Origin: Candidatus Bathyarchaeia archaeon
Lineage (GTDB): Archaea; Thermoproteota; Bathyarchaeia; 40CM-2-53-6; CALIRQ01
Length of the DNA stretch: 64,000 nucleotides
NCBI GenBank assembly: GCA_038843675.1
Contig: JAWBRV010000003.1
Location: 4,908 to 68,907 of the forward strand
Direction: 5' to 3'
Both the position numbers and the translations under genes were made by a program. How positions within the stretch are numbered: position 1 is the stretch's first letter; every line of letters begins with the position of its first letter. Of this stretch, positions 1 through 7,740 are shown piece after piece. Below the pieces are notes generated by a model. That model saw only the letters and a list, made by a program, of their open reading frames with translations. It was not told the DNA's origin and searched no databases.

Positions 1-958
1 CCTCTCCGGTCCTGCCATCTATCCTGATGTTGCCTATGCGATTGCCGTTAGCATCCAAGATGGGCACGCTATAGGCGGATCGGAGCTGCTTCGGGTCCCC
101 GGCGCTCCATCCCCTCGCCATCGAGTCTTGGACGGCTTTAATGGCGGCTTCAGCCGTCGGCGTATTGAGCTTGCCCAAGACCACGGCCATGACCGCCTTG
201 CCCCTGTATTCTATGCGAACCACCCACGAGCCGCCCCTCTCCTTTGCCTCACCGACCTTGAACTCCTTTATGGAGTCGTTGGCTATGGCCTTCGCTTGCT
301 CGCCCGTCACCATCATTATGGTCGAAGGCCTCCTGATGATCTCGCCGTTCCTGCCGTCCACCCTAACGACGGCCACGATGGAATCCTTGTAATCGAGCAA
401 TGGGACGGCGTATATGGTCCTCATCAGCTTCGGCTCCCCGGCCTTCCAGCCCCTTCTAAGAGACTCCTCCACGAAGGCCTTGGCCTGCTCCGCCGTGGAG
501 GCGACCACGTTGGCTACATGGATCGATGCCACCACTCCCTCCCCGTCCTCGATGGGGACGATCCAGCCGGCCCTGAAGGGGGCTACGGTGCCCACCTTGA
601 AGCTCGGTATGGCGGCTTCGACCGCCGCCTTGGCTTGGGCGGAACTAATGGTCACGTTCCCAGCCCGGCCCCGCCACCATTGGGCGGGCGCCGATTGACC
701 CTTGCGCATCTGGAGCGCATTAACCCATCCAGCCATGCCTAGGCCCCGCCCTTCGGCGGGGAGATCGGCGGCCCATGGGGGCACGGGGCTCCATTCATCG
801 CCCATCCTCCCGGGGCCGATCCGAGGCCCACCGAGCGGCCCGGCCATGTAGGGGACCGCCTTCGCCATCGATGCGAAGGCCGCATTGGCCAAGAGCGCCG
901 AAACGACCATCGCCGCTACGATCGCCGCCGGTAGCGCACTCTTCCAATTTCCATTCAT
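1..958 (-). CDS. Secreted PepSY-like repeat protein (3' end runs off window)
   Basis: Not in ORF track. Manual translation from ATG 958 stays open to base 2: MNGNWKSALPAAIVAAMVVSALLANAAFA (signal peptide), repeated 'AQAKAAV/AEQAKAFV/GEQAKAIA/AEAAIKAV' helices, and PepSY-like 'VRVDGRNGEII' and 'IRIDGRTGE' ends. Confidence 0.7.
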   Translation of the reverse strand, partial: MNGNWKSALPAAIVAAMVVSALLANAAFASMAKAVPYMAGPLGGPRIGPGRMGDEWSPVPPWAADLPAEGRGLGMAGWVNALQMRKGQSAPAQWWRGRAGNVTISSAQAKAAVEAAIPSFKVGTVAPFRAGWIVPIEDGEGVVASIHVANVVASTAEQAKAFVEESLRRGWKAGEPKLMRTIYAVPLLDYKDSIVAVVRVDGRNGEIIRRPSTIMMVTGEQAKAIANDSIKEFKVGEAKERGGSWVVRIEYRGKAVMAVVLGKLNTPTAEAAIKAVQDSMARGWSAGDPKQLRSAYSVPILDANGNRIGNIRIDGRTGE

Positions 959-1143
959 CTTTTCCTTCGCCTCGCCCTCCCCCGAGGGGCGAGCCATAAT
1001 AAGGGTTGTGTAACTTTGTTGAGCAACAATGTTAACGGCCGCATCCCTCTTGAACTGAGAAGACGGGGGAGGCGATCCCAAGGGGCCGCGGGGGATCCTC
1101 GCCCCGCACCCATGATCTTACCATTAACCCATCCGCCAAATGT

Positions 1144-1549
1144 CTAAAATCCTAAATCCAGCATCGTTTTATCGACTTGATGGCGTAAGTGCGGGTCGTC
1201 GGATAGGATCCTCGCTCGATTAACGATCGCCGTGGAAGCGATTACGCAATCGCCGATCGGGACATCCCTGTGCTGGCATTTGAGCAATCCGGCCAGTTTG
1301 GCGATATTCCGATCCAGATCTTGGATCTGCAATCCGCTCCCGACGAGGGATAGGTAACAAGTTTCTGCCGCATCCTTTCCCAATTTTTCGCAAAGGACCT
1401 TAACGATTTCGCATATGACGATCGTCGGTAGCAAACCCCTTTTATGCCGAATAAGCTCATCCAGCCTTTTTGATGTCTTACGCCTCACCTCTGCCTCATC
1501 GGAGTAGGAAATGTTCTATTAGGAACCTGGTATCTATTACCTCCTTCAA
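1144..1549 (-). pseudogene. vapC: VapC/PIN-domain toxin with two frameshifts
   Basis: TTG 1549 gives MKEVIDTRFLIEHF (PIN DT motif), then a stop. The PIN body (EIVK..D.VIA..A...ILSDDPH) is in another frame. A natural-looking C-terminus (AIKSIKRCWI*) lies in a further shifted frame. Confidence 0.75.
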
Positions 1550-1550
1550 G

Positions 1551-1778
1551 CTAATACTCCTCTCTGATCCTATCCAACTCCCTTTTGATCTCATCCGCTC
1601 GGCCGAATTTCGAATAGGCACCGGCCAGCTCCGCGAGCCTTGGGATCGGTTTGAATAGCAATCCCCCTTCGACGGGCTCCACGACCAACGCGTCCCCCTC
1701 CCTTATCCCAAATCTCTCCCTTAGCTCCACCGGGATGGTCGTTTGCCCCCTCCTGGTCACCTTCACAATGTTTCGCAT
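1551..1778 (-). CDS. AbrB/MazE-family antitoxin (VapB)
   Basis: VKVTRRGQTTIPVELRERFGIREGD swapped-hairpin motif, directly upstream of the PIN gene. Confidence 0.9.
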   Translation of the reverse strand: MRNIVKVTRRGQTTIPVELRERFGIREGDALVVEPVEGGLLFKPIPRLAELAGAYSKFGRADEIKRELDRIREEY

Positions 1779-1847
1779 GATCTATACAAGATTTGGATAG
1801 CGTACTATTTTAAAGTAGGATCGATTCGAGAGGATTGCAAATCCAAC

Positions 1848-2651
1848 TCATGTTAAGGGTATCTTATACTTGATCAGCCCCTCCCCGCTCTCCGGCATAT
1901 CGCCGGCCGGCAGCGCGAGGGCGAAGGGTTCGCCGCCATAGACCCCCGTTGAGCTTATGGTGACGACCCTGCCCCCATGCTCGACGAATGGACCATCGAG
2001 AGCCTTCATGGGCTCGTGGCTCCTGACGATATACCCTATCCCTAGGGCCCCGCAAACCCTCTCGCTGACGTCCTCCCCGAACAGGACGCCGGCGCCCCTG
2101 GGGTTTGGAAACTCCCCCTCCCCATCGCAGGGATCGCTCCAAAGGACATCCTCCTCCACCGGCTGGGTTGGGCGGTCCAAGTCGTTGGCGGACCCTATCT
2201 TGGAGGATATGCCCCCATGGACGAAGAGCGCGTTCCCCAATAGGGCCGCGAGGTGGAGCCTCTGGATGAAGTCCCTCAGGAACGAATCGTAGTACTCCCT
2301 CCATCCGCCCCTCTTCCATTCGGCCTCCTCCATCAGATCGCATGGCGAGAAATACGGGAGGCCATCCCTGTAGTCTTCATGGTTCCCCTTCAGGGCCGTT
2401 ACGGAATCGCCGCAGCGATCCAGCAGGGCATCGATCCCTTCTATTACCTCAATGCCCCTATCGCCCCTATCGGCGTAATCGCCTAGGAATATCAGCAGAT
2501 CCCGATCGGGGTCGAAGATCTCCTCGATCCGCCGGAGGCTCTCCAAATCCCCGTGTAGGTCGCCAACGATTATGGCCCTATCCTTGCCGGCCGCATCTAT
2601 CCTTCTGAGCCGGCCCCCTTTCGGCATGGGCTGGATATACGCCGGGTTCAA
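1848..2651 (-). CDS. PPP-family Ser/Thr protein phosphatase (metallophosphoesterase)
   Basis: GDLHGD, GDYADRG, GNHE, HGG, LWSDP and RSHE motifs. Confidence 0.9.
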   Translation of the reverse strand: MNPAYIQPMPKGGRLRRIDAAGKDRAIIVGDLHGDLESLRRIEEIFDPDRDLLIFLGDYADRGDRGIEVIEGIDALLDRCGDSVTALKGNHEDYRDGLPYFSPCDLMEEAEWKRGGWREYYDSFLRDFIQRLHLAALLGNALFVHGGISSKIGSANDLDRPTQPVEEDVLWSDPCDGEGEFPNPRGAGVLFGEDVSERVCGALGIGYIVRSHEPMKALDGPFVEHGGRVVTISSTGVYGGEPFALALPAGDMPESGEGLIKYKIPLT

Positions 2652-2701
2652 AATAAACCGAGCCTTTTGCTAGCGGCCCCAAGGCGATGATTCTAGGGTC
2701 C

Positions 2702-4876
2702 CTAGGCCGCTCGTCGCTTCCTCCCCCTTATGAGCGAAGCCAATCCGATGGATCCCAATAATGCCATCGAGGCCAAGTAGGGCGCCAAGATCGCGAGCTC
2801 GTTTGAGGGCATCAGGTATCCTCCGACGAGCCTCCTGCGCGAGGAGGGGGGCGGTGGCGGAGGCGGGGGCGGCGGAGGAGGTGGCGGGGGAGGCGGCGGT
2901 GGGGGCGGGGCGGTCGTAGTTTGGGTTGTCGTTGGGGTCGTGGTGGCGGTCCCCGTAGTGTAGGTGGTAGTTGTGGTCGTGGTGATCGTCGTGGTGGCGG
3001 TCGCCGTCGTGGTCGGGGATACCTCCACGACCGTCTCCTCCACTATTGGATCGACCTTAACCTCGAAGAGGAGCTTGAAAAATTCCAAGGCCCAAACCCA
3101 GATCGTATGGAGCCTTTGATGGAGATCCCAGATCTCCCCAACCTCCCCAAAGATGATCTCCGTCACGTATACGGTCCCCCCAGCGGTGGAGCCGGTCACG
3201 GTCCACGTGTCGACCTTGGTGGTCGTGGACCAAGGCACCGGTTGCTCCAGCGTCGTATCGCTGGTCGCGATGGAGGTCGATGTGGATCGCAACTCCGTCG
3301 TCGATCTCGTCCATGAGGTCGTGAATGTAGTCGCGGTCGTATATGTCGTCGCCATTGGACCGGTCGTCACGATGGTCGTCTTCCTCGTTGACGTTGGGTT
3401 CGTGACATAGGATGTGGAGGTCGTTTCGATCGTCGAAGACGCGATGGTGGTCGATGTCCGATCTGGAGAGGTGGTGGTGATCGTTGTGGTCGTGGTCGTG
3501 GTGATCGTCGTGGTGGCGGTCGCGACTAAGTACACGGTCAGTGGCTTGCTATCGCCCTCTAGGCCATCGGCGGAAACCGATATCGTCCAAGTCCCGGCCA
3601 ATTCATCGTAATAATAAAAGTCGGCCGAGCTGGAGCCATCTGGGATCGTTATCGACGTCACGGGCTCTCCCCCGGGCGCCGTGGAGAACTTCTTATTCCC
3701 CCCGGTCGAGGTAGAGTGGAGGTATACGATCGTTTCCCCCGAATATACGGGCGAGCCGAACGCGTCAAACCTCTCGACCGTGTATTTGGTGGTCCATTGG
3801 CCCGCCGGGACCGATGAGGGCCAAAGGGTTATCCTCAGCTGGGCGGCCGATGGATCGAACCTACAGAACCTGTTCCCGCCCCCGGGCCATGTGGAAGGCG
3901 CGCCTTGCCAATAATATATATGGCCATTCGCGAACCCCAGCCTGTTCCCGGTCCAATAGCCCACGGGGTACGGGAGCCTCTCCAGCTCCATCCATTCGTT
4001 GCTGGAGATCCTATAGGCATAGAACCCGTAGCCTGGGTTTTCATCGACATCTCCACCCCCCAATGCGAAGATATATTCCTTATATTTGGCGGTCCAGAGG
4101 AGCGATCCCCCATCTCCCACTCCCCTCTGGACCGGTATGGGGGGCAGGTCCTCCCATTTCCCGGTGGGGATGTGATATCTGGCGAAGTCGTTATGGGGGA
4201 CCGTCTCCTCCCATTCCCCACTCATCGCGTATAAGTACTCCCCCCCATCCCAAGCCAACGAGGCGCCATCATCGATCAGCTTCCAACTCGGATTGAGATC
4301 CAATTTCTCCCATTGGCCCGAGCTCGGGTCATAGCGCGCGAATCCCGCGCCGTGTTTGTTGCTGCCGAGCAATGCATAAAGCCTTCCATCATATCCGGAG
4401 TAGGCTATGGCATCCCCAGCGCCCTGCGGATATGGCGTGTCCCTTAACATTTTCCATTCATTCCGTGAAATAATATAACGGCAAAAATAATACCTGTTTT
4501 CTCCATAGGCGGCGCCTAGGAGGGCGTATATGTTATCGCCCCCGTCCCAAGCGAGGGCTGTGCCGCTCTTGGGCCTCGGAATCGGATCATTAGGATGTAT
4601 CGGATCATCGGGATCCCATTCCAAAATGGTTTTCCATTCGTTGATCGATGGATCATATATCCAAAAATAACATCTGCCGGTGGAATAGGCCCGAATCACA
4701 TAAATATAATTGCCAGTCCCGACCACCGCCTCCCCCAAACCGCCTTGGATGGGGGTAGGGGCCCTCTCAACCCATTTTCCCCCTTGGGCGGCGGCAATTG
4801 GGAAGGGGGAGGAAAAAAATAACAACAAAATTGCTAGGGCCTTCGCCATCCTGAGCGTTCCCATCGCCCGTCTCAT
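2702..4876 (-). CDS. Cell-surface Kelch/beta-propeller protein with Ig-like domain, Thr-rich and poly-Pro stalk, and C-terminal membrane anchor
   Basis: Signal peptide; Kelch-like repeats (LAWDGG..IYA..G, Y.P..G.W); Thr-rich region; long poly-Pro run; VGG...LAILAPYL-TM-RGRKRR tail. Confidence 0.85.
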   Translation of the reverse strand: MRRAMGTLRMAKALAILLLFFSSPFPIAAAQGGKWVERAPTPIQGGLGEAVVGTGNYIYVIRAYSTGRCYFWIYDPSINEWKTILEWDPDDPIHPNDPIPRPKSGTALAWDGGDNIYALLGAAYGENRYYFCRYIISRNEWKMLRDTPYPQGAGDAIAYSGYDGRLYALLGSNKHGAGFARYDPSSGQWEKLDLNPSWKLIDDGASLAWDGGEYLYAMSGEWEETVPHNDFARYHIPTGKWEDLPPIPVQRGVGDGGSLLWTAKYKEYIFALGGGDVDENPGYGFYAYRISSNEWMELERLPYPVGYWTGNRLGFANGHIYYWQGAPSTWPGGGNRFCRFDPSAAQLRITLWPSSVPAGQWTTKYTVERFDAFGSPVYSGETIVYLHSTSTGGNKKFSTAPGGEPVTSITIPDGSSSADFYYYDELAGTWTISVSADGLEGDSKPLTVYLVATATTTITTTTTTTITTTSPDRTSTTIASSTIETTSTSYVTNPTSTRKTTIVTTGPMATTYTTATTFTTSWTRSTTELRSTSTSIATSDTTLEQPVPWSTTTKVDTWTVTGSTAGGTVYVTEIIFGEVGEIWDLHQRLHTIWVWALEFFKLLFEVKVDPIVEETVVEVSPTTTATATTTITTTTTTTYTTGTATTTPTTTQTTTAPPPPPPPPPPPPPPPPPPPPPSSRRRLVGGYLMPSNELAILAPYLASMALLGSIGLASLIRGRKRRAA
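2973..3523. repeat. 32-bp direct repeat inside the Thr-rich coding region
   Basis: gtggtcgtggtgatcgtcgtggtggcggtcgc at 2973-3004 and 3492-3523 (encodes ATATTTITTT). Confidence 0.85.
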
Positions 4877-4894
4877 CGCCGCCGCCCCTTGAGC

Positions 4895-4915
4895 TTTTTT
4901 TTTTTAAAAAAAAAA
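4895..4915. promoter_or_regulatory. T11-A10 palindromic homopolymer tract between divergent genes
   Basis: tttttttttttaaaaaaaaaa in the 74-bp gap between the Kelch gene and the 4951 ORF; contains TTTAAA. Confidence 0.5.
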
Positions 4916-4950
4916 TTAATTTTTCGGGTCCTACGCCCGAGGATGGGACC

Positions 4951-5814
4951 ATGAAAGGGAAGCGGGGCGGGAGGCCCAAGGGGAAGAGGGAGGCGAAAAC
5001 CCGGAGGCTGATCCGCTCCTTGGCCATTTGCCTCCTATTGGCCTTCATAGCCTTCCTAATCGCCGCGCCTCAAGCCCCGCGGCCGATGACGTCCAATCCC
5101 CAGCTCTCCGATGCCCAAAGATCGGATCGGATCTCGAAAATGTCCATTCGGGCGGCGATCGTTGATCAGCTCGGCGCCCATTTCCCGAATCAGGCCTTCA
5201 TCTCAGCGGCGGAGGGCCTGCTCCGGAGGGCCGGGTTTAATGTGAATGTATATGGGCCCGAGGAGGTAGGGGTAGGCCTTTACGGCTCGTTGCCGGCCAA
5301 GGGTTATAAGCTGATAATATTCCGGGTCCACGCCGGAATCGGCGAGGGGCTCGAGGGCCGCCCCGTTGGCCTATTCACCACCGAGGCCTATAGCCCCTTC
5401 GCGTACCCAAAGGAGCAGCTGGCCAAGCTGATCGGCCCGGCCCAAGCCTTTAACGGGAGCGAGGTCGTATTCGCCATCGCGCCGAGGTTCATCAGGGATC
5501 GATCCATAATGGATTACCCGGGCTCCATCATAATCCTCATGGGCTGCTTCGGCCTTTACGGCGAGGAGCTACCCAAGGCCTTCATCGAGCGGGGCGCTTC
5601 CGTGGTGATTGGATGGACGGGACTAGTGGACATCGCCCATACGGATGAGGCGACGCTCGCGCTTTTGGGGAGGCTCGCCGAGGGTATGACCATAGAGGAA
5701 GCGGTCTCGGAGGCCATGAGGGCCGTTGGGCCGGATCCGGAGGGCCATAGCGTGCTCGGATATTATCCGATCGGGAGAGGTGGCATAAGGATTCTCCCAA
5801 GGACCGCTGGATGA
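4951..5814 (+). CDS. Membrane-anchored protein with putative caspase/gingipain-like (clan CD) fold
   Basis: Basic N-terminus plus TM helix; 'LIIFRVHAG' and 'IILMGCFG' His/Cys candidates; 'AFIERGASVVIGWTGLV' resembles C25/CHAT proteins. Confidence 0.55.
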   Translation: MKGKRGGRPKGKREAKTRRLIRSLAICLLLAFIAFLIAAPQAPRPMTSNPQLSDAQRSDRISKMSIRAAIVDQLGAHFPNQAFISAAEGLLRRAGFNVNVYGPEEVGVGLYGSLPAKGYKLIIFRVHAGIGEGLEGRPVGLFTTEAYSPFAYPKEQLAKLIGPAQAFNGSEVVFAIAPRFIRDRSIMDYPGSIIILMGCFGLYGEELPKAFIERGASVVIGWTGLVDIAHTDEATLALLGRLAEGMTIEEAVSEAMRAVGPDPEGHSVLGYYPIGRGGIRILPRTAG

Positions 5815-5902
5815 TGATTGCTTTGAGCGGTGCCCATCCGGAGCGCCCCGGGCTGGGAGAGAATGGATCGAGGAATTGGGGATCCCGCCAAGTTACTTGG
5901 GA

Positions 5903-6026
5903 TGGCGGGCCCGCGGGGATTCGAACCCCGGATCTCCGGCTCCCCGCTCCGATGGAACCGCAGGCATTCGCGCTCGGCCAAAGGCCGTCCCGCTCAGCGT
6001 CCTGATCCTGACTAGACTACGGGCCC
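5903..6026 (-). tRNA. tRNA-Arg(GCG) with two introns (29/30: 5966-5994; 37/38: 5942-5957), CCA encoded
   Basis: Acceptor GGGCCCG/CGGGCCC-G-CCA; T arm CGGGG-TTCGAAT-CCCCG; A20 Arg identity element. Removing the introns gives CTGGC-CT-GCG-GA-GCCGG. Strict BHB at 37/38. Confidence 0.9.
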
Positions 6027-6359
6027 GTCTATCGGATTCGAGGTTCCGCTATAAATCGTTTCCATTTTAACGGGAGATGGCGGGGAAATGGAATCGCCGT
6101 AATGCCCATTTTTGTGTTAATTGACAACGATTTTCTCCATCTCTATTATCCCGTTCCTACCATCGCTCACTTCCCCTTCACCTTCTGGATATATCGGGGC
6201 CTCTTTGGCCTCGCCTCGGCCGGGTAAAGCCAATAGCCGTCCCCATGCGCGGAGGGGTTTCCATCGAAAGCTCTTGCTCGAAGCTTCATTCACCTGACCT
6301 AGGAGGCCGAGGCCGCCTCGAACCCGAGCAAGCGATGGGCCGCGGGGCCTTATGCCCGG

Positions 6360-6545
6360 CCCTTTGATCCCTTTACGCCGGAATCTTTGATTTATTTTTG
6401 ATTTTTTGATCCCATTTCCAAGAAATTGGGATGAAAATTTCCCCCTTTCGGCTGGAATTTGATTTATTTGATTTCTTTTGATTTCAATCAAGATTTCAAA
6501 AAGGGCCCTTTTCGAGACCCTCCCCCCCTATAGGGGGGTTCGGCG
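6360..6545. other. Candidate replication origin (AT-rich repeats plus ORB-like box)
   Basis: Seven TTTGAT repeats; minus-strand TTCCAGCCGAAAGGGGG (6441-6457); palindromes; about 1.2 kb upstream of cdc6. Confidence 0.5.
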
Positions 6546-6690
6546 TTATAATCACAGTGTTGAGGATCCATGTGGCCCCGCGCCGCCCAACGCGATCCAG
6601 TTCGCATTAGGGCCCGCTATGCCCGTTGGCGAATCGCATCGGCCAGCCTTTTTATATCCGGCAACGGATCAAATCGGAAAGTGGCTAGGG

Positions 6691-7740
6691 TTGGGCGGGC
6701 TCAAGACCGGGAAGGTGCCTCCGGATAAGCTGATGGAGCTGGTCTTCGGCTTCCTCGGGAGGCCAGATCCAAGGGTTTTGGTGGGCCCGGGCATAGGCGA
6801 GGACGCGGCCGTGATAGATATGGGCGATGCCTCGCTGGTTTTGGCGATGGACCCCATAACGGCCGCCAGCAGGGATCTCGGATGGTTATCGGTCCACATA
6901 AACGCGAACGACGTCGCCACTAGGGGCGCGGTCCCGAAATGGTTCCTATGCGCGGTGCTCCTGCCCGAGGGGTCCGATGAGGGCGAATTGGGGGAGATAA
7001 TGGGCCAAATGGATCGGGCCGCCAAGGAGCTCGGTGTGGCGATCGTTGGGGGCCACACTGAGGTTGCGCCGGGCATAAGGGCCCCGATAGTCATCGGGAT
7101 GATGGCAGGGGAATGCCCCAAGGGCAGGCATTTGTCGACGAGGGGCGCCAAGCCCGGGGATAGGATAATCATGACCAAGACGGCTGGGATAGAGGGCACG
7201 GCCGTCATCTCGATAAGCTATCCCGATATCCTCAAGGTCCCGGCGGACGTCATAGAGCGCTCCAAGGGATTCCTCAGGAGCATAAGCGTTGTTGAGGAGG
7301 CGCTGGTGGCGGCTGGGATCGAGGGAGTACACTCGCTTCACGACCCCACCGAGGGCGGAATATTGGGCGGCGTTTGGGAGATGGCGGCCGCATCCGGGCT
7401 CGGGGCCCTGATAGAGGCCGCGAGGGTGCCGATCGCGGAGGAGACGAGGACCATTTGCGAATCCCTGGGGATCGATCCGATGAAATTGCTCGGCTCAGGG
7501 AGCCTGCTGATCTCGGTCGACCCTAGGGCGGAGGATGAGCTCCTGCGATCGCTTAGAAGGAGGGGCATCAGGGCTACCGGGATAGGGGAGATGAGGGATG
7601 GGGCCTTCGGGGTCAAGTTGATCGATTCTTCCGGGTGCTTGGTGGAGATTCGATCCCCGCCGCGCGACTCCATATATGAAGTGATAGAGCTATACGAGGC
7701 GGCATCGCGGGGCGATTGTAGATGGGAGGGAGGATCCTGA
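6691..7740 (+). CDS. AIR synthase-related (HypE/ThiL-like) protein
   Basis: GPGIGEDAAV, DPIT, NANDVA, GGHTE and HDPTEGG motifs. Start moved to TTG 6691 because the upstream ORF extension overlaps the AT-rich region. Confidence 0.85.
   Translation: MGGLKTGKVPPDKLMELVFGFLGRPDPRVLVGPGIGEDAAVIDMGDASLVLAMDPITAASRDLGWLSVHINANDVATRGAVPKWFLCAVLLPEGSDEGELGEIMGQMDRAAKELGVAIVGGHTEVAPGIRAPIVIGMMAGECPKGRHLSTRGAKPGDRIIMTKTAGIEGTAVISISYPDILKVPADVIERSKGFLRSISVVEEALVAAGIEGVHSLHDPTEGGILGGVWEMAAASGLGALIEAARVPIAEETRTICESLGIDPMKLLGSGSLLISVDPRAEDELLRSLRRRGIRATGIGEMRDGAFGVKLIDSSGCLVEIRSPPRDSIYEVIELYEAASRGDCRWEGGS

Noticed and set aside
128..999. Plus-strand ORFs 128-742, 141-392, 414-698 and 775-999
   Set aside because: Antisense shadows of the minus-strand PepSY-like gene.
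2845..2912. G-rich tandem repeat that could suggest a G-quadruplex or CRISPR
   Set aside because: It encodes poly-Pro with mixed codons; no repeat-spacer pattern.
1..5903. Integrated element at tRNA-Arg (TA pair and surface genes downstream)
   Set aside because: No integrase and no duplicated tRNA 3' end within the window; cannot be excluded beyond the edge.
5763..6070. Short ORFs over 5763-6070
   Set aside because: They overlap the intron-containing tRNA-Arg.
6117..6690. ORF 6117-6491 and the N-terminal extension of 6478-7740
   Set aside because: They cross the AT-rich repeat region, have atypical composition and show no motifs.
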